From an uncultured Smithella sp. (GTDB lineage Bacteria > Desulfobacterota > Syntrophia > Syntrophales > Smithellaceae), in NCBI GenBank assembly GCA_964581635.1, contig CAZOPH010000001.1, positions 16,316-80,315 on the forward strand: a DNA stretch of 64,000 nucleotides, in the 5' to 3' direction. Below the pieces are notes generated by a model. The model made no database searches and was not told where the DNA came from. It was given only the letters and a program-made list of their open reading frames with translations. The position numbers and the translations under genes are program-made. The stretch's first letter is position 1. Each line of letters opens with the position of its first letter. Below are positions 30,966 to 41,677 of this stretch, one piece after another.

Positions 30966-30996
30966 GGGAGTCAGCTTATTGCGGCTCCCTTTTTTT
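30966..30996 (+). terminator. rho-independent terminator after the tRNA-Val/Asp pair
   Basis: GGGAG (30966-30970) pairs with CTCCC (30985-30989), followed by T7. Confidence 0.55.
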
Positions 30997-31122
30997 GTAT
31001 AATACTTGCTTAGTCAGGGTGATTGACATAATCTATCGAGCATGTTTAATTAGTAGTAACCATATCGTTGAGAAAGAGATCGTTGAAGCGGTCTGTAATT
31101 ATTCGGAGAAATTGAAACGCAC

Positions 31123-31947
31123 ATGAAAAAAATTTCTGATCTGTTTTTCTGGCGTAAGCCCGAATATATTCGTCGAGCAATATTTTCAATATTGTGCAAA
31201 GGGCGGAAGAGCGGTGTCTTAGATGATGCTTCCCGGAAGATGATCGAAAACATCCTCGACTTCACATCCGTTCTGGTCCGTGAAATTATGATTCCGCGGA
31301 CGGATATTGTCTCGATCAATGTGGATGATGCACCGGAAGAAATTATTCGCGAGCTTACCGAATCTCGTTACACGCGCATTCCTGTTCATCGAGGATCGAT
31401 TGACAATATCATCGGTATTGTGAATATTAAGGATCTGCTTAAGACGTGGTCGCAGAAAATGACAAGCGCCGATATATTGTCTCATCTGACCAAACCTTAT
31501 TATATTCCTGAAACGAAAAACGCTCATTTGTTGTTTTATGAACTTAAAAACAACAAAAAACATATTGCCATTGTTATCGATGAATATGGGGGGACGTCGG
31601 GGCTTATAACCCTTGAGGATTTATTAGAAGAGATCGTTGGTGATATCTGGGATGAACATGAAGAAAATACTGATTCCGAAGATTTTATTCAGACTGTTGA
31701 AGGGGCTATTATCGTTAATGGACGCACCGAAATTGAAAAAATAGAAGAGTACCTGAATATTAACTTGGAAAGAGGCAGGTATGAAACGGTTAGCGGTCTA
31801 ATTTTAAATACAGCTCGAAGAATCCCTCACCAAGGAGAAATTTTTCAAATAGAAGAAATGGAAATTACCATCGAAAGTGCAGACGAACGCAGCATTAAAA
31901 AAGTGAAAATAAAAAAAAGAGAAAATGATAATTTAAATGAAAAATAA
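31123..31947 (+). CDS. corC: CBS-pair / CorC-HlyC domain protein (CorC/YbeX-like)
   Basis: 274 aa. Tandem CBS domains ([12 protein letters not shown]...) and a C-terminal transporter-associated domain. Immediately upstream of lnt, as in the ybeZYX-lnt cluster. Confidence 0.8.
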   Translation: MKKISDLFFWRKPEYIRRAIFSILCKGRKSGVLDDASRKMIENILDFTSVLVREIMIPRTDIVSINVDDAPEEIIRELTESRYTRIPVHRGSIDNIIGIVNIKDLLKTWSQKMTSADILSHLTKPYYIPETKNAHLLFYELKNNKKHIAIVIDEYGGTSGLITLEDLLEEIVGDIWDEHEENTDSEDFIQTVEGAIIVNGRTEIEKIEEYLNINLERGRYETVSGLILNTARRIPHQGEIFQIEEMEITIESADERSIKKVKIKKRENDNLNEK

Positions 31948-33502
31948 CAATTCAAAAGTGATGCCGGATCAGTCAGAGAAGAAGCTTAGCGGCACCAGTA
32001 TTTTTTTTGCATTGCTTAGCGGGATTTTACTTTTTTTATCTTTCCCTAAATTTGGTCTGGGATTCATCGCCTGGATTGCCTTCGTGCCTTTGTTTATTGC
32101 TTTAAGGGATGTTTCTTTTCGCAGTGCGCTGTTTTTGGGGTGGATTTCAGGACTAACGGCTTATATTGGAATCCTCTATTGGATTACACATGTCGTTGTA
32201 TATTACGGTCATCTGCCCTTATACCTGGGCGTGACGATCATGCTGCTCTTGGCTTTTTATTTGAGTCTTTATACCGCTTTATTTGCCGCAGGACTTGTTT
32301 ATTTACGAAGATGGGTTCCTTTATATCTTGTTGTACCGGTATTATGGGTGTGTCTCGAATATCTCAAGTCAAAGTTATTTACCGGCTTTCCCTGGGAAAA
32401 TGTAGGTTATTCCCAATTTAATAATTTATTTTTCATTCAAATTGCAGATATTGTGGGTGTCTTTGGGTTATCTTTCCTGATCCTCCTTTTAAACGTCGCT
32501 TTTTTTGAAATTTTTACAGAAAAATCGAAAAAGTCATTCGCACTGGCCGCAAGTGTGTTATTTCTATGGTTGGGTGTTTACGTGTATGGTGTATTGAGAA
32601 TCAATCAAATCAATCAAGCCTTGAAAGATGCTTCCAGCATGGAGGTGTTGCTGATTCAGGGAAACATTGATCAGTCAATTAAATGGAACGAAAATTTTCA
32701 AAATGAAACCATCAAGATTTACGAAGAATTGTCTTTGCGTATCCCAATGGCCGATGGAGGTTTGATAATCTGGCCGGAGACTGCCGTGCCTTTTAGCTTC
32801 CAGGATAAGAATGATTTACAACGTCAAGTGAGAGATTTATCGGTCAAAACGAAAAGCTGGTTTATCTTTGGCTCTACGAGCTATGCGGCAGGAAGTGAGA
32901 AGACCGATTATTTTAACAGTGCATACCTACTCTCACCGCAAGGAGAAGTTCGCGGGAAATATGATAAAGTTCACCTTGTCCCCTACGGAGAATATGTACC
33001 TTTAAGAAAATTATTTCCTTTCATCAGTAGTCTGGCTGCAGGAATTGGCGATTTTACCACAGGAAAAGGATTCCATTCTTTGACTATGGACGACAGAAAA
33101 ATCGGGGTGATGATCTGTTACGAAGGGATTTTGCCTGAAGCAGCCAGAATGTATAAAAATGCCTCAACCGAATTATTGGTCAACATTACAAACGACGCAT
33201 GGTTCGGAAAAACATCGGCGCCTTACCAACACCTATCCATGTCTATTTTCAGAGCTGTGGAGACACGACTCTACCTCGTGCGAGCCGCCAATACAGGTAT
33301 TTCCGCAATCGTTAATCCGACGGGAAAGATTCTTGCGCAAAGCGAGATATTTAAGAAAGATAAAATTCATGGTAGCATTAAATTCATCGCAATGCCGTCT
33401 TTTTACGCAAGATATGGCGATTTGCTGGTATGGGCATGTTTTATTTGCTTGGTTATTTTTTTCTTATGGGGTTTAAAAGGGAGGAAAAGAAATGTCCGTT
33501 GA
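31937..33502 (+). CDS. lnt: apolipoprotein N-acyltransferase
   Basis: 521 aa. Multi-TM N-terminal half. C-terminal CN-hydrolase domain (WPETA, VMICYEGI). Confidence 0.88.
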   Translation: MKNNNSKVMPDQSEKKLSGTSIFFALLSGILLFLSFPKFGLGFIAWIAFVPLFIALRDVSFRSALFLGWISGLTAYIGILYWITHVVVYYGHLPLYLGVTIMLLLAFYLSLYTALFAAGLVYLRRWVPLYLVVPVLWVCLEYLKSKLFTGFPWENVGYSQFNNLFFIQIADIVGVFGLSFLILLLNVAFFEIFTEKSKKSFALAASVLFLWLGVYVYGVLRINQINQALKDASSMEVLLIQGNIDQSIKWNENFQNETIKIYEELSLRIPMADGGLIIWPETAVPFSFQDKNDLQRQVRDLSVKTKSWFIFGSTSYAAGSEKTDYFNSAYLLSPQGEVRGKYDKVHLVPYGEYVPLRKLFPFISSLAAGIGDFTTGKGFHSLTMDDRKIGVMICYEGILPEAARMYKNASTELLVNITNDAWFGKTSAPYQHLSMSIFRAVETRLYLVRAANTGISAIVNPTGKILAQSEIFKKDKIHGSIKFIAMPSFYARYGDLLVWACFICLVIFFLWGLKGRKRNVR

Positions 33503-34632
33503 AAACATACAGGAAGTCATTCATGATCTGAAAAAAAGAATTCAATATATCGGAGAATGTCTTTGACGTCGGCGAACTGGAATTAAAAGTTAAGGATCTG
33601 GAAATATTATCTACTAAAAAAGATTTCTGGGATTATCAGGAGAATGCCCGTGACATTCTGCAGAAGAAAACAAAATTATCTAACTCGCTCGATCAGTGGA
33701 AACGATTTCAAGGCCAGATCCAGGACATAGAAAACCTTTTGTCAATCGCTTCTGAAGAAAATGACGAACAGGTTCTTGACGATCTGGCGTCTGAGCTGGA
33801 ACAGTTATCTTCAGACGTTAAACTGGAAGAACTCAAAATGATGCTTTCCAGCGAGCAGGATCCGATGAATGCGATTATGTCCATTCATGCCGGCGCGGGA
33901 GGGACAGAAGCGCAGGACTGGGCGGAAATGATTTTACGCATGTATTTGCGCTGGGCTGAAAAAAGAAATTTTAAAACAAATATTATCGATTACCTGCCCG
34001 GAGATGAAGCAGGTGTCAAAAGCGTTTCGTTTACTGTGGAAGGCGAATATGCCTATGGCTATGCCAAGGCTGAAATTGGGATTCACCGTCTCGTTCGCAT
34101 TTCTCCATTTGACGCGGGAGGTAGGCGTCATACCTCCTTTGCTTCCGTATTTGTTTATCCAGAGGTCGATGATGAAATTAAAATAGACATCAATGAGGAC
34201 GATTTAAGAATCGACACCTTTCGATCGGGAGGCAAAGGCGGACAACATGTCAATAAAACAGATTCCGCAGTAAGAATCACACATTTGCCAACTGGCATTG
34301 TCGTGCAGTGTCAGAATGAAAGATCGCAACACAAAAATAAAGCGATGGCTATGAAATACCTTAAATCAAGGCTCTATGAAAGCGAACTCCAGAAGAAGAA
34401 TGAAAAGCTGGATGAAGAAAATAAACTAAAAAAAGATATCGCCTGGGGCAGCCAGATTCGCTCCTATGTTTTGCACCCTTACAAAATGGTAAAAGATCAT
34501 CGAACGGATCTGGAAATTGGCAACGCTCAAAAAGTGCTGGATGGCAATATTGATGATTTTATCCAGGCCTATCTGATGATGATCGGAAATGGGGGATCAA
34601 GTGCATCCGGTACCGGCAAGGTAATACAATGA
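33492..34632 (+). CDS. prfB: peptide chain release factor 2, needs a programmed +1 frameshift (33492..33563 joined to 33565..34632)
   Basis: The ATG at 33492 gives MSVENIQEVIHDLKKRIQYIGECL, then CTT TGA C. The +1 frame continues DVGELELKVKDL... with no stop into the tracked ORF (33739..34632). That ORF carries the SPF tripeptide (RISPFD) and GGQ (GGQHVNKT). Confidence 0.93.
33552..33567 (+). promoter_or_regulatory. prfB +1 frameshift site (SD-like GGAG plus CTT TGA C)
   Basis: GGAGAATGT CTT TGA C. The slippery CTT codon, in-frame TGA and following C match the canonical RF2 autoregulatory site. Confidence 0.85.
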
Positions 34633-34802
34633 TAATATTTACGATTGTTGATATTGTTTTGGCATATAAATGAAATGTGCTATAAAGTCTTGCAAAAGTT
34701 GCCATGACATCGCTAACCTTGAAATTAAAAGCGTGACGATCAGTGATCAGAAATACGATGTCCTTATTGTCTACAACAGAAAAAATTCAGGAGACGCTAT
34801 CT

Positions 34803-36536
34803 ATGTCGAAATACAAAAAATATGTTGCATCAATATGTCCTATATTTAGTTTGAGTATTATAATCTTGTTGCTGACCGGTTTTCAGGTACACGCTGAAAA
34901 CACATATAAAAATGATACCCTCCCGAGTCCGGTGATAGAGAATAAGAAACAAGATCAAGCCATCCAGGAGAAAGCCGTCAAGGCCGTAAAGAACATCCTG
35001 TTTGGTGAGCAGCAAGAAAATTCTTCGGATGATGATGAAAGCATAGAAGTTGAAGAAGAGCAGGACCTGATGGAAAATGCCCTTGAAATTCTAGAAGTAG
35101 CCGACAACTATTGGAAAAATGGTGATATAGAAAATACCTTGAATGAACTTGATAAAGCTTACGCGTTGCTTCTGGACACGAATGGCAATGTGGAAATTGC
35201 CAGGCAGAAGGATGATTTACGTCTTTTAATTTCCCGGCGCATTTTGACAGTTTACTCCTCCCAACAGACCCGTACTAACGGTAAGGGCAGCGAAATTCAA
35301 CTTTTAATGAATGCGGATGTTGAAAAAGAAATTCGTTCATTTCAAGGTCATGAAAGGGAATTTTTTACATCCTCATATCAGCGTTCCGGAATGTACAAGG
35401 ACATCATTGTTGATGAATTAAGAAAAGCAGGAGTACCTGAGGAACTATTCTGGCTTCCTCTGGTAGAAAGCGGTTTCAAGGCTAGCGCTTTGTCTAGCGC
35501 AAGAGCTCTTGGACTGTGGCAGTTTATTCCATCAACAGGTTATAAATTCGGTCTGACCCGCGATGAATGGACTGACGAACGTATGGATGTTTTGAAATCA
35601 ACCCAGGCGGCCATCTCTTATCTAAAAGAACTTCACGCAATGTTTGGCGACTGGCTAACGGTGCTTGCGGCTTATAATTGTGGTGAAGGTAGAGTACTTC
35701 GCGTGATATCCAGGCAGCACATTAATTACTTTGATCGTTTCTGGGATCTCTACTCTCAATTACCAAATGAAACAGCACGCTATGTTCCCCGTTTTCTCGC
35801 GACATTACACATCATTAAGAACCCGGGTAAGTATGGTTTTGATCTACAGACCACAACAGACTCATCACTTAGATATGAAACAGTCAAAGTCAACAAAATG
35901 ATGAAGTTGGCGGATGTGGCGTCTAAAATTGAAGTATCTGAAGATGCTATCAATCTACTCAACGCAGAACTTAGATATAAGATGACACCTAATCGCGAAT
36001 ACGAGCTCAAAATACCCAAGGACTCACTCCAGAAATTCAACCTCGTTTACAATGATATTCCGGATGCGGAAAAACCAACTATAAGCCGTAACACCTCTTC
36101 CGCCATTCGTTACATCCCTCCCTCTTCTCGCTACATCAAACACCGCGTTCGGCCTGGTGAAACAGTGGCATCTATTGCAAAGAGATATCGAGTATCCAGA
36201 AAAGCAATTTATAGCTCAAATCGTATTAATAAAAAGAAGAGATTGATGAAAGGTCAAATTATTCGAATTCCAGTTGATAACTTAGAAACTGCAAATATAA
36301 AACAAAAAACTTCCGGCAGTAAAAATGCTCGTAAAACAGCCGGCTCGGTAAAAATATATAAAGTTAAAAGAGGTGATTCTTTGTTTCGCATTGCACAACG
36401 CTTTAACGTTCCAGTGGACAAAATCAAGGAAATAAATAATTTAAAAACAAATTCTGTTCAAGCCGGACGGAAACTGAAGCTTCCCTGTGACGAATTAGGG
36501 AATAATGAGAAAGGGAAACAGGAGGCTCGGAGTTAA
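34803..36536 (+). CDS. membrane-bound lytic murein transglycosylase D-like protein (SLT domain plus 2 LysM)
   Basis: The in-frame ATG at 34803 follows GGAG and gives a signal-like MSKYKKYVASICPIFSLSIIILLL. SLT motif ESGFKASALSSARALGLWQFIPSTG. Two C-terminal LysM repeats. Confidence 0.8.
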   Translation: MSKYKKYVASICPIFSLSIIILLLTGFQVHAENTYKNDTLPSPVIENKKQDQAIQEKAVKAVKNILFGEQQENSSDDDESIEVEEEQDLMENALEILEVADNYWKNGDIENTLNELDKAYALLLDTNGNVEIARQKDDLRLLISRRILTVYSSQQTRTNGKGSEIQLLMNADVEKEIRSFQGHEREFFTSSYQRSGMYKDIIVDELRKAGVPEELFWLPLVESGFKASALSSARALGLWQFIPSTGYKFGLTRDEWTDERMDVLKSTQAAISYLKELHAMFGDWLTVLAAYNCGEGRVLRVISRQHINYFDRFWDLYSQLPNETARYVPRFLATLHIIKNPGKYGFDLQTTTDSSLRYETVKVNKMMKLADVASKIEVSEDAINLLNAELRYKMTPNREYELKIPKDSLQKFNLVYNDIPDAEKPTISRNTSSAIRYIPPSSRYIKHRVRPGETVASIAKRYRVSRKAIYSSNRINKKKRLMKGQIIRIPVDNLETANIKQKTSGSKNARKTAGSVKIYKVKRGDSLFRIAQRFNVPVDKIKEINNLKTNSVQAGRKLKLPCDELGNNEKGKQEARS

Positions 36537-36569
36537 ACATAAATAAGCAATGTTGCCAATAATCCTGAT

Positions 36570-37016
36570 TTAATTGAATTGGGCAAGCAACCGTAAAAGT
36601 TCTCTTTCTTTTTGTTTCATTTTCAAGGTATTCGCTTTGGACGTGTTTACATGGTTATAGCCTAAAAGATGCAACAGTCCATGAATGATTAAGAAAAAGA
36701 TTTCCTCATCGAAACTGAGATTGCCCTTATCCGCGTCTCTGATGGCTGTATCCACGGATATTACAACATCACCAAGCATGGCGGGATTAATGTCTCCGAA
36801 TTCACCTTCTTGAAGAGAAAAAGAAATAACATTGGTGGGTCGGTCTTTGGATAGATATTGTTTATTAATACGCTGAATGCCTTCATCATCGACGAACGTG
36901 ATACTGATTTCCTTATTCGCACAACCTGTCAATTTTAGAAGTTGGGTCACTTTAAATCGGATCTTGCGTTTGTCAATTTTAATTCGCTTCTGCTGATTTT
37001 CGACTTGCACTTTCAT
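36570..37016 (-). CDS. ybeY: rRNA maturation endoribonuclease YbeY
   Basis: The in-frame ATG at 37016 (M18 of the tracked ORF) gives 148 aa with the zinc motif HGLLHLLGYNH. Overlaps the upstream gene by 38 nt. Confidence 0.9.
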   Translation of the reverse strand: MKVQVENQQKRIKIDKRKIRFKVTQLLKLTGCANKEISITFVDDEGIQRINKQYLSKDRPTNVISFSLQEGEFGDINPAMLGDVVISVDTAIRDADKGNLSFDEEIFFLIIHGLLHLLGYNHVNTSKANTLKMKQKERELLRLLAQFN

Positions 37017-39291
37017 GGGACTCTTTTTTACCGTTTGTTTCTTTGGGGAATGTTTGCGGATATTCAACGCGATGATGAAAAATACCAGTCAAAATTCGGG
37101 TAAATGTTTCCGCAATGGTGTTAAGATTTTTCAGCGTTAACTCACAATCATCCAATTGACCGTCTGTGTATATACGCTCAATACGTTCCCGTACTAGTGA
37201 TCGTATTCTCGCTGGTGTTGGATTCGAAAGTGTTCGTGAGGAGGCTTCAATGACATCACCCAGCATAACGAGTCCGGCCTCTTTGGTTTGCGGTTTCGGG
37301 CCGGGATAACGAAAATCACTTTCCGTTAGTGAACGAATGGATTCGTCCTTGTTCTTTTTGGCCTTTTCGTAAAAATAGCCAACAAGACTGGTACCGTGGT
37401 GTTCACGTATGATATTGATGATCGGCTGACCGAGTTTTACTTTCAAGGCCAATTCGTAACCTTCCTTGACATGGGAAATAATAATCAGGGAACTCATTTT
37501 TGGTGAGAGCTTGTCGTGACGATTGTCGTTGCCTTGCTGATTTTCAATATAGTAATGGGGTTTCGCTAATTTACCGATATCATGGTAATAGGCGCTGACC
37601 TTTGCTAGTAATGAATTCGCGCCGATGGCTTCGGCCGCAGCTTCAACCAAAGAGGCAACGATAATACTGTGGTGATAAGTGCCAGGCGCTTCGATAATCA
37701 TTCTCTGAAAAAGCGGTTGATTGAGATTGGCCAGTTCCAACAACTTGATATAGGTAATAAAACCGAATAGACTTTCAAAAATGGGCGTGATGCCCGCAAC
37801 TAGAATTCCAGTGATAATGCCACCGAGAAAGCCCATAAGCAGCCGTATCATTAAGTCATGAAGCAAATGGCCGGTTAAAAGATTCAAACAAACAATTGCG
37901 GCCATATTGGTAACCCCAAGAAAAACGCCAACCTTTAAAAAAGTAGAACGCTGACGGGTGTTGACGATATGATAGGAAGCAGCAACAGATCCTAAAAACG
38001 AAAAAAGCGGGAAAATAATATTTTCATCGAAAAGAAGACTGATGAGAAAGGATGTCAGGACACTGATGATCAAAGCCACGTTACGATTAACCAATATGGC
38101 GATAATCATGGCGCCACAGGCAAAGGGTATCGCAAAATAGCAGGCGTCAACCGGGATAGAAGGGAAAGCTCTGTTGATGGAAATAGAGATGAAGATTCCC
38201 GCTTTAACGAAAAATATCTGTAGAACAGCAACTATAGCAAAAACGAGAAAGTCCACATTGGAACGGGATGTTGTTTTCAGCCAGTTTCTGGTACGCCAGA
38301 AGTAGAGGAGTAATGTCAGAAAGAGGGCGGTGCAAAATATCCCCAAAACGACTGTTAGACGGGATATTTTATTGTCCGCAGAGGTTTTATAAAATGCATC
38401 AAGTTTGGCCAGTTCCAGATAACCGATTTTTTCTCCCTCTCGGACAATCATCTCATTTTTTTGAACTTGAAAATATACAGGTTTGACCTCCTCATTGATG
38501 GATAATATTTTCTTGTCTGTCGCCTCTTTATTGAAGGTGAGGTTGGGTTCAATAAGCTTTTTTAGAAGCGAAAAAGAAAATCGCCGGGCATCAATCTGAT
38601 CACCTTTGAAAATGGCGTTCACTTTTTTAGATAATATCGGGTCAATATCGTTAATATTCAGAACAAATGATACATCCTTCAGATTTTCCTCTGACCGCGT
38701 AATCATATTAACGATAGTAATGCCTTTTTCACGTTCGTTTTTTTGCAAAACGCTCGAAGTAACTAAAGTATTGTCATAGAAAGAAGAAATGACCCTGGAC
38801 AGTCTTTGTAAAAGATCATCCGAATAATTATTTGCTTGAAGAAAAGAAATTTCATGTTGTGTCAGAGAGACACCTAATGATTTTTCCAAAAGGGCTTTGT
38901 GCAGTTGTGATGCTTGCTGCCCCGAAACCAGCCTAAAAGAATTTCTGATTTTTTTTATGAGGGTAATGGCCATTTCGGCATCATGTTCATAGATCGGTCG
39001 CGTATTAATCGAAGCTTCATTTCTTTTTTGTTGTGTGGAATGGACGTCTTCGACCAGAAAATCACGATCCGCCTTGATGTTTTCCTGCGCAATCATACCA
39101 TGGCGGTATTCCGGATTTGGATTATAGAGTTTAGGAGCTAGAAGCAGCGTTAATCCAACGCTTAAAAAAATGGCGATTGCCCAGCGCTGAAAAATGATAT
39201 TATTTAAGAAATTGAAAGAAATTTTACTCTTTTCTTTCAATTTCCGAAAAGTTGAAAATATTTTTTGCGATGTGGAATTTAGATAATTCAT
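36979..39291 (-). CDS. 7TM-receptor with intracellular HD hydrolase domain (PgpH/YqfF-like)
   Basis: 770 aa. N-terminal extracytoplasmic region, a block of about 7 TM helices, then a C-terminal HD domain (HHSIIVA...YYHDIGK). Lies between phoH and ybeY. Confidence 0.82.
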   Translation of the reverse strand: MNYLNSTSQKIFSTFRKLKEKSKISFNFLNNIIFQRWAIAIFLSVGLTLLLAPKLYNPNPEYRHGMIAQENIKADRDFLVEDVHSTQQKRNEASINTRPIYEHDAEMAITLIKKIRNSFRLVSGQQASQLHKALLEKSLGVSLTQHEISFLQANNYSDDLLQRLSRVISSFYDNTLVTSSVLQKNEREKGITIVNMITRSEENLKDVSFVLNINDIDPILSKKVNAIFKGDQIDARRFSFSLLKKLIEPNLTFNKEATDKKILSINEEVKPVYFQVQKNEMIVREGEKIGYLELAKLDAFYKTSADNKISRLTVVLGIFCTALFLTLLLYFWRTRNWLKTTSRSNVDFLVFAIVAVLQIFFVKAGIFISISINRAFPSIPVDACYFAIPFACGAMIIAILVNRNVALIISVLTSFLISLLFDENIIFPLFSFLGSVAASYHIVNTRQRSTFLKVGVFLGVTNMAAIVCLNLLTGHLLHDLMIRLLMGFLGGIITGILVAGITPIFESLFGFITYIKLLELANLNQPLFQRMIIEAPGTYHHSIIVASLVEAAAEAIGANSLLAKVSAYYHDIGKLAKPHYYIENQQGNDNRHDKLSPKMSSLIIISHVKEGYELALKVKLGQPIINIIREHHGTSLVGYFYEKAKKNKDESIRSLTESDFRYPGPKPQTKEAGLVMLGDVIEASSRTLSNPTPARIRSLVRERIERIYTDGQLDDCELTLKNLNTIAETFTRILTGIFHHRVEYPQTFPKETNGKKESHESASRKSAEAN

Positions 39292-39296
39292 ATATC

Positions 39297-40292
39297 TTAT
39301 TTATTTTTACTCGATTTATTGTCGATGTCCCACGAAGCGTAAGCAGAAATGACATCGGCAACGAGGGGATGACGAACCACGTCCACCTGCGAAAAATGTA
39401 CAATACGCACTGCATCCACTCTTTTCAGGATTTTTTCGGCTTCAATCAAACCTGATGCTTTTTCCGTAGGCAGATCAATTTGCGTGATATCGCCCGTTAC
39501 AACGGCTTTTGAATTAAAACCCAGTCGCGTTAAAAACATCTTCATCTGTTCGGAGGTCGTATTCTGGGCTTCATCCAGAATGATGAATGAGTCATTAAGC
39601 GTCCGTCCGCGCATGAACGCCAACGGTGCAACTTCAATCACTCCTCTGTTAATCATTACATTTGCCTTTTCCATGTCCACCATGTCATAGAGGGCGTCAT
39701 ATAGAGGACGTAAATAAGGATTGACCTTTTCGGCTAGATCACCCGGCAGAAAGCCCAGACGCTCACCCGCTTCTACTGCAGGCCTGGTCAGAATAATCCT
39801 TTGTACTTTCTTTTCCAGTAATTGTGACACGGCCATTGCCATTGCCAAGTAAGTTTTACCAGTACCGGCAGGTCCTATGGCCAGAACCATGTCGGCATTT
39901 CTCATGGAATCGATGTAAAGCCGCTGAGCAATGCTTTTGGGTGTGATCATGCGCTTCTTGGAAGATATAAAAACCGTATCCAGAAAGACTCGGGCTAGAT
40001 CAAAATGGATATCTTCGGTCAGAATTCGATGCGCATAGTCGATATCAGAAAAGTGAATATGCCAGCCTTTTTCCATCATAACATAGAGTTGTTTGAGCAA
40101 AAGCGATATCTTTAGAACAATAGCTTCATTGCCGGTGATGGAAAGTTGATTGCCCCAAGGCTTAATTGAGACTTGTTCAAGCTTTTCGAGGAGCTTTAAA
40201 TGATTGTCATGCTCGCCGCATAGATTTTTCAGCAAACTTTGATCCGCGAAGCATATTTTTTCTACCCTGATGCTTTTAGTTGCTTTTATCAA
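39297..40292 (-). CDS. phoH: PhoH-like ATPase (YbeZ)
   Basis: 331 aa. Walker A GPAGTGKTYLA and DEAQN Walker B context. TTG start. Confidence 0.9.
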   Translation of the reverse strand: MIKATKSIRVEKICFADQSLLKNLCGEHDNHLKLLEKLEQVSIKPWGNQLSITGNEAIVLKISLLLKQLYVMMEKGWHIHFSDIDYAHRILTEDIHFDLARVFLDTVFISSKKRMITPKSIAQRLYIDSMRNADMVLAIGPAGTGKTYLAMAMAVSQLLEKKVQRIILTRPAVEAGERLGFLPGDLAEKVNPYLRPLYDALYDMVDMEKANVMINRGVIEVAPLAFMRGRTLNDSFIILDEAQNTTSEQMKMFLTRLGFNSKAVVTGDITQIDLPTEKASGLIEAEKILKRVDAVRIVHFSQVDVVRHPLVADVISAYASWDIDNKSSKNK

Positions 40293-40421
40293 ATGTCTTC
40301 GGCCTCTACAATATTAACCTAAACTCAATAGTATTGCCGTTTGTTTCCATGAGCAATAAGATATAACTTCTCTAACGCGAAGGCGTTTCCTATCATTATG
40401 AGACATTGAAAGCAATATAAT

Positions 40422-41663
40422 TTATGCCTGTAAAAACAGGTGGGCAAAGACCTTCGCATTGCCCAACATATTGTCAATTGGACAGTTTTCATCAGGTTGA
40501 TGCGCATGCATATTTGTTTTGGACCAGACCGCTACCGGATAGCCCTTTTTGCGAAGATAGGAGGCAACGGTTCCCGCGCCAACTCCCCCCGCGTAAGCTT
40601 TCAGGTGATAGATTTTCTCAATTGCTTCCTGTAAGGCATAAACGACAGGAGAATCCACAGACGTAGGATGTGCGGACTGAACGTATTGTTGCTGTGATAC
40701 CTCGATTTTCACTGAAAATTTCTTTTCTACTTTTCGGGAAATCTTTTTGATCTCGCCCAGGACCTCCTGGAGATCGTATTGCGGTAGCACTCGGCAATCC
40801 ATATAGAAGACGTCTTCGCCGGGAATGGTGTTGATATTTCCTACATTTGCTTCTTTCTTCGTTGGTTCAAATGTGCTGACAGGAGGGTCAAAAAGCGGAT
40901 CAACTGCATCGAAAATCTTGTGGAGCTTCATTAATTTTGTTACCAGATAGGAAGCCGCCGAAAAAGCATTAATGCCCAGTTGGGGCTTACTACCATGGCA
41001 TTGTTTGCCGGTTGTTTTAAAGCCCAACCAAAGAATGCTTTTTTCCGCAATCTCGATAAGCGAGCCTTCGGGATTTCCCGAATCTGGAACCACAATTAAA
41101 TCATCGTGTCTGAAAATCTTTTCCGGCAAGTCTAGTACGTGGTACAATCCCTTACCGCCGGAAGTCTCCTCATCTGCCACGAAGAAAAGACCAATGGAGG
41201 ACGCAGGCGTGATACCCTCGTCCAGAAAAGCTTTGGCGGCAAAAATCGAGGCCACCATGTCCTGCTGGTTGTCTTCTGTTCCTCGGCCATAGATATGGTT
41301 GTCTTTAACGTAGGCTGCGTAAGGCTCGGCGCTCCAAAGATTGAGTTCGCCCGGTGGAACAATGTCCAGATGCGTGATGATCCAAACGTTGCGGGTTTTA
41401 TTTTTCCCTCCGATAGCGGTTAGAAAATTTGGTCGCAGGCCTGCAGAGACTCTTTCATCCGGTGCGTCATAATGGCGAAAAGAGTTAAAACCCAATTCGA
41501 TAAGACATTTTTTTAGCATTTGAGCTTTCAGCATTTCGCCGTCGCCACCATTGATCGGACCGATAGCAGGTATGGCCGTCAGTGCTTTCTGCAGTTCAAT
41601 CATATCATCTCGATAGGTGTCTATTCTACGGCAGATTTTATCAAAGATATTCTCGTCTATCAT
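40422..41663 (-). CDS. M20-family metallohydrolase (ArgE/DapE-like)
   Basis: 413 aa. HLDIVP, GRGTEDNQQ and ADEETSG metal-ligand motifs. No signal peptide. Confidence 0.8.
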   Translation of the reverse strand: MIDENIFDKICRRIDTYRDDMIELQKALTAIPAIGPINGGDGEMLKAQMLKKCLIELGFNSFRHYDAPDERVSAGLRPNFLTAIGGKNKTRNVWIITHLDIVPPGELNLWSAEPYAAYVKDNHIYGRGTEDNQQDMVASIFAAKAFLDEGITPASSIGLFFVADEETSGGKGLYHVLDLPEKIFRHDDLIVVPDSGNPEGSLIEIAEKSILWLGFKTTGKQCHGSKPQLGINAFSAASYLVTKLMKLHKIFDAVDPLFDPPVSTFEPTKKEANVGNINTIPGEDVFYMDCRVLPQYDLQEVLGEIKKISRKVEKKFSVKIEVSQQQYVQSAHPTSVDSPVVYALQEAIEKIYHLKAYAGGVGAGTVASYLRKKGYPVAVWSKTNMHAHQPDENCPIDNMLGNAKVFAHLFLQA

Positions 41664-41677
41664 GAATTAGCCTTAAA

